Positions 15,749-27,200 are shown, counted from the stretch's first letter. The stretch is DNA of 64,000 nt from an uncultured Verrucomicrobiae bacterium (GCA_963707025.1 CAVPOM010000006.1:64001-128000), one strand, 5' to 3'. Notes: generated by a model not told the origin, from the letters alone. Program-made: numbers and translations.

Positions 15749-18271
15749 ATGCGAAACACACTCAAAGAATTGTTTAAAATCACGATCATTCTGGCGGTTT
15801 TGCTCCCGCTGGCCTCCCGGGCCGACGACGCCCATCCCAGCCCCGGCGGAGGCCGGCGCGGCGCTGGCGGTTTGGGTGGTCCTCCGCAGGGCGTCTATAA
15901 ATCCGTCATCATCCCGCACTGGTTTGCCGGCGACAGCAAGTTTTGGTACCGGAACGCCTTGCGCGGCGGCGCCAGCGAATTCGTGCTGGTGGATGCCGAA
16001 AAAGGAATGCGCCGGGCCGCATTCGATCACGAAAAACTAGCCGCCGCACTTTCCAAAGCCGCCGGGAAGGAATTCAAGGCCGATCATCTGCCATTTACCA
16101 CCATTGAATTCAGCGATGACGGCCAGTCCGTCAAGTTCGACGCCGCCGACAAGTCCTGGCGTTGCGAATTGGATTCGTATCAATGCACTTCCCAGGCCGC
16201 CACGGAAAAGAGCGCGTCGCTGGTTCCGGCCCAACCCCCGGCCATCGCTCCGGCCGGCCTCCCAGACACCGCAGATGCTTATGTCTCCGGCGTATTGGAC
16301 CCTTTCCCCTCTTACGATGAACTCGATCCCGCGCCCCCTCAACAAGACCAAGCCCAGGGACCGGGCCGGGGTGGCCGGGGCGGCCGCGGCGGCGGTCGTG
16401 GCTTCGGTGGCGGCGGTGGCCGCTCCCCGGATGGAAAGTGGTCCGTTACCGTAAAGGATTACAACCTCTACTTGCGCGCCTTGCCTGAGGGCCAGGAAGA
16501 GCAGATCACCCAGGACGGCAAGGAAGGCGACGCCTACGGACGCCTCCAATGGTCCCCCGATTCCAAGACGCTCACCACCTGGCAAACCGTGCCCGGCGAG
16601 CGCAAGCTGGTCTATCTGGTCCAGTCCTCTCCTGCCAATGCAGGCCGCACGGTGGAAACCTCGCGGCCTTACGCGCAGGCCGGCGACAAGTTCACCACCT
16701 ATGAATTGAGCATCTTTGATGTGGCCAGCCACAAGCTGATCAAGCCGGAGGTGGACAAGTTCGAGCACGAATATGAATCGCCCAACATCCATTGGAGCCT
16801 GGACCGTTCCCATTTCACCTATCAGTTGGAAGACCGCGGCCATCAGCGCATGAGGCTCATCGAAGTGGACGCCAGCACCGGCGCGGTGCGCAATCTGGTG
16901 GACGAGCAGACCAAGACCTTTATCTGGACGGCGCACACCGAAGGCCCGCAGCGCTACGGCTTCACGATTTTCTGGTATTTGGAAAAGACCGATGAAGTGC
17001 TCCACCAGTCCGAAAAAGACGGCTGGCGGCACATTTATCTTGTTGACCCAAAAACGGGTGAGAGCAAGCAAGTGACCAAGGGGCAGTGGATCATCCGCGG
17101 CATTTCGAGCGTGGATGAGGACAAGCGCCAGATCTGGTTTGCCGCCAGCGGCATGTATCCGGACCAGGATCCCTATTTCATCAATTATGGCCGCGTCAAC
17201 TTCGACGGCTCCGGCCTGGTCATGCTGACCGACGGCAACGGCAACCACAGCATCGTCTATTCGCCTGACAAGAAATACATTATTGACACATACAGCCGCG
17301 TGGACATGCCGCCCGTCAACGAACTGCGCCGCGCCGCCGACGGCAAGCTGGTCTGCAAACTGGAGGAATCGGACATCACCGAACTGACCGAGCGCGGCTT
17401 CAAGACGCCGGAGGTTTTCACGGCCAAGGGACGTGACGGCGTGACGGACATCTGGGGCGTTATCACCCGCCCGGCCAAATTCGATCCCAACAAAAAATAT
17501 CCCATTTTGGAAAATATCTACAATGGGCCGCAGGACAGCTACGTTCCCAAGTCCTTCAGCGGCGGCGGCGGGCGCGGCGGCGGCTATGGGGCGCTGGGCT
17601 TCATCGTCGTGCAGTGCGACGCAATGGGTACGGCCAACCGCTCCAAGGCCTTTCACGATGTCTGCTGGCACAACCTGGGCGACGGCGGCTTCCCCGATCG
17701 CATCGCCTGGATCAAGGCGGCCGCCGGAAAATATCCGTATATGGACACCAATCGCGTGGGCATATTCGGCACCTCGGCCGGCGGGCAGAACGCGGCGGCG
17801 GCGGTGATTTTTCATTCGGAATTCTACAAGGTGGCGGTGGCCAATTCGGGCTGCCACGACAATCGAATTGACAAGGCCTCCTGGAACGAGCAATGGATGG
17901 GCTACATGCCGCCGGACAAGATCTGGATCAAGAGCGACGACAATTGGTATTCGAAATCATCCAACATAGACAACGCCGCCAGGCTGGGCGGCAAGCTCCT
18001 GCTCATCGTCGGGGAACTGGACCACAATGTCCCTCCCGAATCCACTTTCCGGCTGGTGAACGAATTGATCATGGCCAACAAGGACTTCGAAATGTTGGTG
18101 GTTCCCAACGCCGATCACGGCGCGTCCAGCACACCCACCGGTCTTAATGTCCCGTTCAACCGCACCTACGCCGGGCGGCGGACGCAGGATTTCCTGGTGC
18201 AAAATCTGATGGGCAAAATGCCGCCCAACCGGAACGCCGGCGAAAAGGACCCCGTCAATGCCGCCAATTGA
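15749..18271 (+). CDS. S9 family peptidase, dipeptidyl-peptidase IV-like, secreted
   Basis: Propeller region plus GTSAGG nucleophile elbow, GELDHNV (Asp) and NADHG (His). Confidence 0.88.
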   Translation: MRNTLKELFKITIILAVLLPLASRADDAHPSPGGGRRGAGGLGGPPQGVYKSVIIPHWFAGDSKFWYRNALRGGASEFVLVDAEKGMRRAAFDHEKLAAALSKAAGKEFKADHLPFTTIEFSDDGQSVKFDAADKSWRCELDSYQCTSQAATEKSASLVPAQPPAIAPAGLPDTADAYVSGVLDPFPSYDELDPAPPQQDQAQGPGRGGRGGRGGGRGFGGGGGRSPDGKWSVTVKDYNLYLRALPEGQEEQITQDGKEGDAYGRLQWSPDSKTLTTWQTVPGERKLVYLVQSSPANAGRTVETSRPYAQAGDKFTTYELSIFDVASHKLIKPEVDKFEHEYESPNIHWSLDRSHFTYQLEDRGHQRMRLIEVDASTGAVRNLVDEQTKTFIWTAHTEGPQRYGFTIFWYLEKTDEVLHQSEKDGWRHIYLVDPKTGESKQVTKGQWIIRGISSVDEDKRQIWFAASGMYPDQDPYFINYGRVNFDGSGLVMLTDGNGNHSIVYSPDKKYIIDTYSRVDMPPVNELRRAADGKLVCKLEESDITELTERGFKTPEVFTAKGRDGVTDIWGVITRPAKFDPNKKYPILENIYNGPQDSYVPKSFSGGGGRGGGYGALGFIVVQCDAMGTANRSKAFHDVCWHNLGDGGFPDRIAWIKAAAGKYPYMDTNRVGIFGTSAGGQNAAAAVIFHSEFYKVAVANSGCHDNRIDKASWNEQWMGYMPPDKIWIKSDDNWYSKSSNIDNAARLGGKLLLIVGELDHNVPPESTFRLVNELIMANKDFEMLVVPNADHGASSTPTGLNVPFNRTYAGRRTQDFLVQNLMGKMPPNRNAGEKDPVNAAN

Positions 18272-18328
18272 AATTCTGAATGGCATGGAATACCGTGGCG
18301 CCAACGACGCCGGAAGCGGCCGGCCTGA

Positions 18329-18640
18329 ATGAAAGAGTTGGAAGATTGTTTCGGGCAAAAGGTGCGGATTACGGCGGAGCGGTTGGCGCATATTTTGGAA
18401 CACCCGGAAATGATTGGCATGGCCGCCGAGATTGTGCATGTGCTGCGAGAGCCGCAGTTGGTGCGCCGCTCCGTTTCGGATGCCGCGGCGCGTTTGTTTT
18501 ATGAGTTTTACGCACGCACATTGAGCGGTGGCAATTGGCTCTGCGTTGTGGTTAAATACTTGGAGAATGATGCGTTTGTCGTCACGGCCTACCTGACCGA
18601 CACGCCGAAAGCTGGAGAAGAATTATGGCCGAAAAAATAA
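18329..18640 (+). CDS. Putative toxin, BECR/RelE-like nuclease fold (PBECR2-like)
   Basis: VRITAERLAHILEHPEM...WLCVVVKY...FVVTAY pattern; overlaps the downstream small partner. Confidence 0.65.
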   Translation: MKELEDCFGQKVRITAERLAHILEHPEMIGMAAEIVHVLREPQLVRRSVSDAAARLFYEFYARTLSGGNWLCVVVKYLENDAFVVTAYLTDTPKAGEELWPKK

Positions 18641-18834
18641 AAGTCTGGTTCGATGCCGAGGCCGATTTCCTGGAAGTGCGCTTTTCAGAAGCCGCAGGCT
18701 ATATGAAACAAACCGCCCATGACGCCGTCATGGAACGTTTGGACGCGCAAGGTCATGTCATCGGATTCAGTATTATGGGAGTCAGCCGCTTCAAAAAGGA
18801 CAACCCCATCGAGGCCGACTTGACCGCAGCCTGA
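18625..18834 (+). CDS. DUF2283-like putative antitoxin
   Basis: KVWFDAEADFLEVRF...RLDAQGHVIGFSI. Confidence 0.7.
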   Translation: MAEKIKVWFDAEADFLEVRFSEAAGYMKQTAHDAVMERLDAQGHVIGFSIMGVSRFKKDNPIEADLTAA

Positions 18835-18908
18835 GGTCGCTGTTTCCGCCACAAACCGCGCGGCGGTACGGCGCACTCAAGACCCGCGCGTCACCCCACC
18901 ACATTTTT

Positions 18909-21774
18909 ATGAACCAAATTATGCCAAAAAACATCGGCTGGGTCTTCTGCCTCTGCGTCATCGGCCTTTGGTTCACATCCGCCCAGCAGGCTGAAGCCCA
19001 GCGCCGCGGCGGCGGGGGACCTCCCACCCTGGGCCTGACCAACGGCTACCTCGAATTGGAAACGCCGGACTTCAACCTCAAGCTGGTGAAGGACTCGCAG
19101 ACGCTGGCGGCGTTGCAGCCCAAAAGTGCGAACGGATTCGATTTCACTCCCGCCGACCAACTTCCCGCCCGGCAGGCCAACCGCTTTTATCACATTGGCG
19201 ACCTGACTTTCCGGCTGCGCACCAATAACGCGGAGGCGTGGGCCAATTATTCCACCGCGGCGGCGCGCCAGCCGGTCGCGGCCCTGCCGGTGACCGCCCC
19301 GGCCCTGGCGTCGGCCGACCTTTCCGCCACCTTGCCCGATGTCTGCCCGTTCCAGGTCATCCGCACCTGGACGGTGGAGAAGGACCGGCTGGTGCTGAGA
19401 TTTGATGTCAAGAACAAGTTGGATGTTCCGGTGGAAATCGGCGCGCTGGGCATTCCGCTGATTTTCAACAACAACGCGGGCTACAACGGCAACAAGGGGA
19501 GAGTGCAGTCCATGTCGGCCTTTTCCGATCCGGCCATCGGGCTGGACGGAGGTTATGTGCAGGTGACCCGTCTGAACGGGCATGGGCCGGCGCTGGTCGT
19601 GGTTCCCGAAGGCCAGACACCGCTGGAAGCTTACGAGCCGTTGCAAAGCGACAAGATCGGCGACCTGACGCCGACCACCCAGACCTTTGAGGCGTTTTAT
19701 GAATGGATGGTCCATGGCGCCGCCTACGCCGAAAATGAGTGGAAAGCCGAGGGAGACCGCTGGGTAACCGCTCACGGAATGAGCGCGGACTATGCCGCCA
19801 CGGACTGGAAAACCCTGAAACCCTGGAACAGGCCGACTGCGGAATCGCTCGCGCCCGGTGCTACCAGGACATTCGGGCTGAAGTTCCTTGTCTCGCCGGA
19901 AATCCGTGACATCACCAAAACGCTGATCGCGAACAACCGGCCGGCAGCCCTCGGCATCCCGGGCTACATCCTGCCGATGGGGATGGACGGCCAATTGTTC
20001 CTCAATCATGGCGGGATTGGCATCAAATCGTTTGTCTCCGAGCCGGCTGGAGCCATCGAGGTCATGTCGCATTCCACAAACGGCCCGCTCGGAGCCGGCT
20101 GGTCGTCCGAGTTCACGCTCCACGGCAAAACCTGGGGACGCTGCAACCTGCGGATTGAATACGGAGACGGGCTGGTGCAGACGATCAGTTACGATGTCAT
20201 CAAGCCCGAGGCGCAAGCCCTGGCGGACATGGGCCATTTCTTGTTTACAAAGGACTGGTACACCGACACCAACGATCCCTTTCACCGCGCACCCTCGGTG
20301 ATGACCTATGATCGCGGCCATGACCGGATAGTGTTGCAGGATGCTCTCACCTGGAAGGCCGGCCTGGAGGACGAGGGCGGGTCGGGAGGATGGGTGTCGG
20401 CCTGCATGAAGGAATTTGGCGAACCGGCCAAGGCGGAGGTGGAGAAGGAGGAACAATTCATTGATGGCGTGCTTTGGGGCGGCATCCAATACAAGGACGG
20501 CCCCAAGAAATACACCGTGGTCAACAGCATGTTTTATTACCAGCCGGATGAGATCACCAATTATTACACCAACCGTTTCAGTCCGACAGACTGGACCAAA
20601 TGGAATAAACAGCGCGCGCTCACCGGAGGGCGGGATCGTCCGCGCGCCTATAATTATCCGCACGTCGTGGCGGCGTATTGGTCCATGTACCGCCTGGCCC
20701 GCAACCATGCTGGACTGGTGACCAATCACCCTTGGGACTGGTATCTGGATCAGGCTTACCAAACCGTCAATTCTCTCACCCATAACCAGGTGGGTTACCT
20801 GGATGTGGGCCTGATGGAAGGGGACGTATTTGTGCTGCTTTTGCAGGATTTGAAACGGGAAGGGTGGACTGAGAAAGCAGAGACATTGGAGCAGGCGATG
20901 AAAGGGCGCGCCGAGGGCTGGAACCGGGAGCCTTATCCATTCGGGAGCGAACAGGCCTGGGACTCGACGGGCCAGCCGGAGGTTTATGCGTGGACGGAGT
21001 ATTTCGGTTTCCATGAGAAGGCGCAGATTTGCCTGGACTCGATTCTCGGCTACATGCCGACCGTGCCGAGTTGGGCCTACAACGGCAACGCGCGCCGCTA
21101 CTGGGATTTTTACTATGGCGCCGCGCCGCCCGGACAACAGGAGCGCCAGATCCATCATTACGGCTCGGGCATCAATGCCGTTCCGGTCCTGTCCGCCTTC
21201 CGCACCCATCCTGATGACTTGTATCTTTTGTACGTGGGTTACGGCGGGCTGATGGGCGCCCTGGCCTGCATTGATCAGGACGGGTTTCCCTCCGCCGCCT
21301 TTCACGCCAATCCGGCCATCCTCAAGTGGGACACTTACACCGGCGACTGCGGCCCGAATCTTTTCAGCCTGGCCATCAACACCGGCACCTACCTTGTCAA
21401 TCATCCGAATTTCGGCTGGCAGGCCTTCGGGGGCAACGTCCAAACCGGCGGCGACTGGGTGACGGTCACGCCGCTGGACGCCTTCCGCATGAGATGCTAC
21501 GTCGCGCCGCTGGGCCTGTGGCTGACCCTGGACGCCGGCGCATTTGAATCCGTATCTGTCAATACTAAAACTCACGACGTGCGGGTGGAGCTTTCCCCGG
21601 CGGACCGCTACACGCCCCAGGCGCGCCTCCGCATCGAGCAGCCGGCCAGTGGCCGGCGTGGCCGGTTTTCATCCCGCCGGCGGACTGGCTCCTGCGCAGG
21701 AGCGAGGCGCTTGGGTGATTCCCCTCTCGTCCCGGCCCACGCAAGTTGAGTTAAACGACCTGGCCGTCCGATAA
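18909..21774 (+). CDS. DUF5695-like large secreted putative glycoside hydrolase; probable frameshift near 21648
   Basis: Signal peptide; DPFHRAPSVMTYD, RAYNYPHV, YPFGSEQAWDSTGQPE, YNGNARRYWDF, HHYGSGIN. ORF 18909..21749 degenerates after RLRIEQPA, while another frame gives VAGVAGFHP...ERGAWVIPL to 21774. Confidence 0.75.
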
Positions 21775-21782
21775 ACTTTAAA

Positions 21783-23408
21783 TCACGGAGTGGCCTTCAC
21801 GGGTGTCACTTGCACGAGCACGACGCCGTGATGCGGCACCACGGTGTGGAACTCGCCGGTGAACTTGCCGAGATCCTGCTGCCGCCACAGATCGCGCACC
21901 GTCTGTTCGCCGGCCAGGCCGAGGTCGGACCATTTGGCCACGACATTGGTTTCGGTGTTGTTGCGGTTGAAAAGGCCGACGGCTTTGGAGCCGTCTTCCA
22001 TGTCCTTGGCCCAGATTTCCAGGTTTTGATCCTTCACGACCCGGCCGGCCTGGCGTCCGAGCGGGTCCTGACTGACCGCCAAAACTTCATCGTTGCTCAA
22101 CAGGCTTAAGGTGAAGTCGTCCATCGCCGTCATATCGCAGCCGATCAAAAGCGGTCCCGTCAGCAGACACCACAGGCTGACGTGGACATATTGCTCATTG
22201 GGCGTCAGGCGCGTCGGGTGCAGCGCTCTTCCCGAACCGATGTCCACTTTGCCCACAATCATCATGTCCGGATCATTGAAGTGGCCGGGGCCAGCAAATT
22301 TCTCGTGGCCGAACTGGGAAAAGCCAATGGAGGAAAGGCTGCGCCAATTGTCCTGAATATCCCCTGTGGTGCGCCAACTATTGCCGCCGACGCTCGGCTC
22401 CGCGCCCCACTCCCAGACCTTCCCCCAGCCGTATTGGCACAGGCTGTACATGATGTCGCGCGGCACCTTGTCCAGCGCGGTCCGCATCACTTGATATGGC
22501 TTTTTCAGCGTGGGGAGATCGAAATCATTGGGGCCGCGCCGCCGGCTGGCGTTGGTGCTGGTGGTGCTGACGGGCGCCACTTGGGAGTAACTGCACCAGT
22601 CATATTTCAAGTAGTCAAAGCCCCAATCGGCATAACTTTGGGCGTCCTGCTCCTCGTGCTGATAACTGGCAACACAACCGCCGCAGGTCGTCGGGCCGGG
22701 TCCGGAATAAAGTCCCGCCTTTAAGCCAAGTCCGTGGATGTAGTCGGTCAGGCCTTTCATGTCAGGGAATCGCGGATTGGGAACGATCTTCCCGCTTGCG
22801 TCCCGTCCAGGGCCGCCCAGCGAATCATCGCGGGCCATGCGCCCCCGGTTCTGTTCCCAAAAATCATCGATGTTGATGTAGGTCCAGCCGTGGTTGATGA
22901 GGCCGGTGGCGACCATGGCGTCCGCCGCCGCCTTGACCCGGTCCTGCGTCACCGCGCCTCCCCAAACATTCCAACTATTCCACCCCAGCGCCGGCGTCAG
23001 CCCGATCACCGGGCCGCAGACGATCTTGAACGCGCGGTTGGCGGAACCGAGCCCGTTTTTGGCGCCGAGCGTCACCGTATAGGTTCCTTCCTTCGCGATG
23101 GAGCCGGTGATATGACCGTTGGCGGGGTCCACCGCCAATCCGTCGGGCAATCCCTGGGCGCTGAATGTCATGGGGCGGTCGCCGGTGGCGGCAATGGTGA
23201 AGAGGAAGGGATGGCCGGGGCGGACGCCAAAGACCTTGGCGCCGTTGATGCGCGGCGTGGGCGGCGGCTTGGGGGTGAGAATAATGGCCTCTTCGGCGTT
23301 GGCGGCAGGGGCCGCGGCCTCCTGGGCCGGGACAACCGGGCTTGACAGCAGGGCCATGCCGCAAAAAGCCGCGGCAAACTTCAGAGAATGAACGATCCTT
23401 CTTTTCAT
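21783..23408 (-). CDS. GH27 alpha-galactosidase / beta-L-arabinopyranosidase with N-terminal Ig (He_PIG-like) domain
   Basis: TPALGWNSWN, YINIDDFW, DYLKYDWC, WRTTGDI, NDPDMM; signal peptide from ATG 23408. Confidence 0.9.
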   Translation of the reverse strand: MKRRIVHSLKFAAAFCGMALLSSPVVPAQEAAAPAANAEEAIILTPKPPPTPRINGAKVFGVRPGHPFLFTIAATGDRPMTFSAQGLPDGLAVDPANGHITGSIAKEGTYTVTLGAKNGLGSANRAFKIVCGPVIGLTPALGWNSWNVWGGAVTQDRVKAAADAMVATGLINHGWTYINIDDFWEQNRGRMARDDSLGGPGRDASGKIVPNPRFPDMKGLTDYIHGLGLKAGLYSGPGPTTCGGCVASYQHEEQDAQSYADWGFDYLKYDWCSYSQVAPVSTTSTNASRRRGPNDFDLPTLKKPYQVMRTALDKVPRDIMYSLCQYGWGKVWEWGAEPSVGGNSWRTTGDIQDNWRSLSSIGFSQFGHEKFAGPGHFNDPDMMIVGKVDIGSGRALHPTRLTPNEQYVHVSLWCLLTGPLLIGCDMTAMDDFTLSLLSNDEVLAVSQDPLGRQAGRVVKDQNLEIWAKDMEDGSKAVGLFNRNNTETNVVAKWSDLGLAGEQTVRDLWRQQDLGKFTGEFHTVVPHHGVVLVQVTPVKATP

Positions 23409-23590
23409 GGGAATGTTGTGTTGAACTGGCAATGTGCCGGTGAGTTTGCCTCCAAGCCGCCGGGGCTGTCGAGGGAAATAATAAAGTATAAAGGATAAAG
23501 GATAAATGGAGGCATAGGCGAATCGGGCCGATTGGTCATTGGTATGATAAATGCGGTTGGATGCATGGCAGCCCCCCGCCCAGGCCGGGA

Positions 23591-23650
23591 AGTGAAACCA
23601 GGTGAAATTAAGTGAAACTGGCTGAAATTAGGTGAAATTAGGTGAAATCC
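23591..23650. repeat. Six tandem 10-bp repeats, consensus near GGTGAAATTA
   Basis: agtgaaacca ggtgaaatta agtgaaactg gctgaaatta ggtgaaatta ggtgaaatcc. Confidence 0.9.
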
Positions 23651-24016
23651 CGGGGTTGGTTTTGAACCGCGAAATACTCCAAATACGCGAACCCCGAACT
23701 CTGGTGGTCCCGCCGTCGCCCGGCGTGGCCGACATGGCCGACAAGGGAGTGATGGAGTGGTGGAGCCAGAAATGCAAAATGCATCCTCCTCCGCAGGGCC
23801 TTCCACTTTCGCATCGGCTATGGAAGACAGGACGGTGGACAGGGAATGCAAAATGGGAGGCTGGCCTTTAACGATAAAGCTGATGGCTTTGCGAACTGAA
23901 GCAAACCAAGGCAACGAAGCGGTTGGACGCTGGAGGATGGCGAATGCAGCGCCGGGAAACCTGTCCAGGGCCCGCCGCCGTCTTCCTTTTCTGTCCTTGC
24001 CCGTCTCCACTATGCA

Positions 24017-24044
24017 ATAATAACGGTTACATAGATATTGTCAA
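24017..24044 (-). promoter_or_regulatory. Near-consensus sigma70 promoter pointing toward ORF 23405..24010 and GH27
   Basis: TTGACA-N16-TATTAT, with a GTG 6 nt after the -10 box. Confidence 0.55.
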
Positions 24045-24244
24045 CGGCAAAGTGGCAAGATAATGCAGAATGCAAAATGGGTGGAGGGCGGCGGACCCGA
24101 AGCGGGGATTCCGATGGAAAGAACTTGACGGGGCGACAGGATAGTGCGTCTATTGATCAACCATTAGCAATGCTCATAATTTCTAATAGTGAGTATAAGG
24201 AGAGAGGATGCCGACTTGGATGGCGGACAGGAGAAACGGTTGAG

Positions 24245-27200
24245 ATGAAAACGAGAAATTCAGTGTTAAAAAGGCTCAGTTTGGTTGCCAGCGCCTGGGT
24301 CTGGTGCGCCTTGAACCTGGAAGGGCAGAGCGCCCCCACCATCACCAGCCAGCCGGCCAATCAGTCGGTTTTGCCTGGGACCAATGTTGCATTCAGCGTG
24401 GTGGTGGCCGGCTCCGGCCCATTCGGTTATCAATGGCAATTCAACGGTACAAATCTTCCGAACAATAATATGATCGCAACCGTGGCGGGCAACGGTGGCG
24501 GAAACTACGTGGGGGATGGCGGCGCGGCCACCAACGCCAATCTGAATGCTCCGTCGGACGTGGCGTTGGACGCCCTCGGCGAGCTCTACATTGCTGACGC
24601 CGTCCACCAATGCATTCGCAAGGTGGACAACAACGGGATCATCACCACGGTGGCGGGCACCGGCAGCGCTGGCTATGGCGGAGACGGTGGCGTGGCCACC
24701 AAGGCCTATCTACATCAGCCGTACGGCGAAGTGGTAGATACCTCTGGCAACCTTTATATTGCGGACTACTTCAACAACCGCATTCGCCGGGTGGATCCCA
24801 ACGGCATCATCACCACCGTGGCGGGGACGAACGGCACAGGATACTTCGGGGACGGTGGCGCGGCGACCAATGCCTGGCCTGGCTGGCCCCTACGGGGTGG
24901 CCTTGAATTCAGCGGGCGACCTTTACATTGCTGCCTCCGGAAACGGCCGCGTCCGCAAGGTGGACACCAACGGCATCATCACAACGGTGGCCGGTGGAGG
25001 TATCGCCGGGGATGGCGGCGCAGCCACCAACGCTTCGCTGATTACTCCCAGAGCAGCGGCGGCGGATGCTTTCGGCCACATTTACATTGCTGACACCGGC
25101 CACAACCGCATTCGCAAAGTGGACACGAATGGAATCATCACGACGGTGGCGGGCGGAGGTTCCGGCGGTGATGGCGGCCGGGCTACCAACGCCAGCCTGA
25201 ATACTCCCTGCGGCCTGGCCTTGGATGCCGCGGGAAACCTGTATATTGCTGACGCTACTGACGAACGCGTCCGCAAGGTGGACACCGATGGAATCATCAC
25301 CACTATCGCAGGCAATGGCAATGGAGCCTTCTCCGGGGACGGCGGAGCAGCCGCCACTGCCAGCCTGGATTATCCCGAGGGTCTCGCCTTCGATGCCGTT
25401 GGCAACCTGTATATTGCGGACTCCTCCAACAACCGCATCCGCGAAGTCTATCTTGCCGGGTATCCAACGCTGGCGAACACCAATGTGAGCGCCAGCAATG
25501 CCGGCAACTACGCGGTCGTCATCACCAACCCTTACGGCAGCGCCACGAGCGTGGTAGCCACGCTGACGGTGCAAGGGCCGCCAGTCGTCACCCTTCAGCC
25601 AACAAACCAGACAGTTCTGGCAGGAAGCAGTCCTGTTTTCTCGGTGGCGGTTGCCGGCTGGGATCATTTGGGTATTGGTGGTACTTGGACATGACCAATC
25701 TGGTTCAGAGCGGCACGAACAGCATGCTCGCGCTGCCCGGCGTTTCCACGAATAATGCCGGCAGTTACACGGTGGTGGTAACCAACGCTTATGGCAGCGT
25801 GACCAGCCGGGTTGCTGCTTTGACGATAGCGTTTCCGCCCACAGTGACTGCCCAATCCGGCAGCCTGGCGGTGTTGGCGGGAACCAATGTGAGTTTGAGC
25901 GTCACGGTGGCCGGCACCGGCCCGTTCTCCTACCAATGGCTGTTGAACGGCTCCAATTTCCTGACCAACATCATCACGACCGTGGCAGGCAATGGCAACG
26001 GAACGTACGCGGGGGACGGTGGCCCGGCTACCAACGCCAGCATATCCGACCCTTCCAGTGTGGTTTTGGACGGCTCCGGCAACCTCTATATTGCCGACAC
26101 TTTCAACGATCGCATCCGAAAGGTGGACACCAACGGCACGATGACCACGGTGGCGGGCAATGGCCTCAACACCTACGGTGGCGACGGCGGCGCGGCCACC
26201 AATGCCAGCCTGCATACGCCCTGGGGGGTGGCTATGGATGCCGCAAGCAACCTGTATATTGCAGACTACAACAATCAGCGTATCCGCATCGTAAGCCCCA
26301 GCGGCATTATCAGCACCGTGGCTGGCAATGGCACTTCAGGCTATTCCGGCGACGGCGGCGCGGCCACTAACGCCACGCTGGCTTACCCCGCCGGTGTGGC
26401 CTGTGATGCCGCGGGCAACTTGTTTATTGGGGACCCTAACGAGGCCGCCATCCGCGAGGTGGGTATCAATGGCATCATCACCACGGTGGCGGGCACCGGC
26501 AATATAGGCTATTCCGGGGATGGCGGCGCGGCTACCAGCGCCAGTTTGTTTTCTCCCTACGGCGTGGCCTTGGATGCCTCGGGCAACTTTTATATTGCTG
26601 ACCGCAGCAACAACCGAATCCGCAAGGTGGACTCTCACGGCATCATTAGTACCGTCAGCCGGCTCTGGAAACGCTGGCTTTTACGGGGACGGCGGCCCGG
26701 CCACCAACGCCAGCCTGCAATCTCCCTCCGGGGTGGCGGTGGATTCCTCCGGCAACCTGTATATCGCCGACTACGCCCACAATTGCGTCCGCAAGGTGGA
26801 TACCACAGGCATCATCACCACGGTGGCGGGCGGCCTCGCCCGGGGATCTTCCGGGGACGGCGGCGCCGCCACGAACGCCAGTCTTACTAATCCGTCCGGC
26901 GTGGCCTGTGATGCCGCGGGCAACTTGTATATTGCGGACAGCGGCAACCAGCGCATCCGAGAGGTTTATCTTGCCGGGTATCCAACGCTCGCCCTAACCG
27001 GCGTGGGCACCAACAACGCCGGCAACTACACGGTTGTTGTCACCGGTCCTTACGGCAGCGTGACCAGCGCGGTGGCGACGCTTGCCGTCACCATTCCGAA
27101 CACGCCGCCGCAGATCATCACTGGTGATGCCTTTTTCGGCTTCCTGACCAACCAGTTCGGGTTCAATGTCAGCGGCGCGGCCGGGCAGACGATTGTGGTG

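Noticed and set aside
18891..21575. Long antisense ORFs (also 16037..17893, 50026..52824, 34195..35586 and others)
   Set aside because: Shadows of GC-rich coding genes on the opposite strand, with no recognisable motifs.
23591..23650. CRISPR array (also considered for 29790-30508 and 53888-53932)
   Set aside because: No unique spacers of regular length and no cas genes.
24870..26670. Programmed frameshifting or phase variation in the NHL gene
   Set aside because: No slippery heptamers or long homopolymer/SSR tracts at the three sites.
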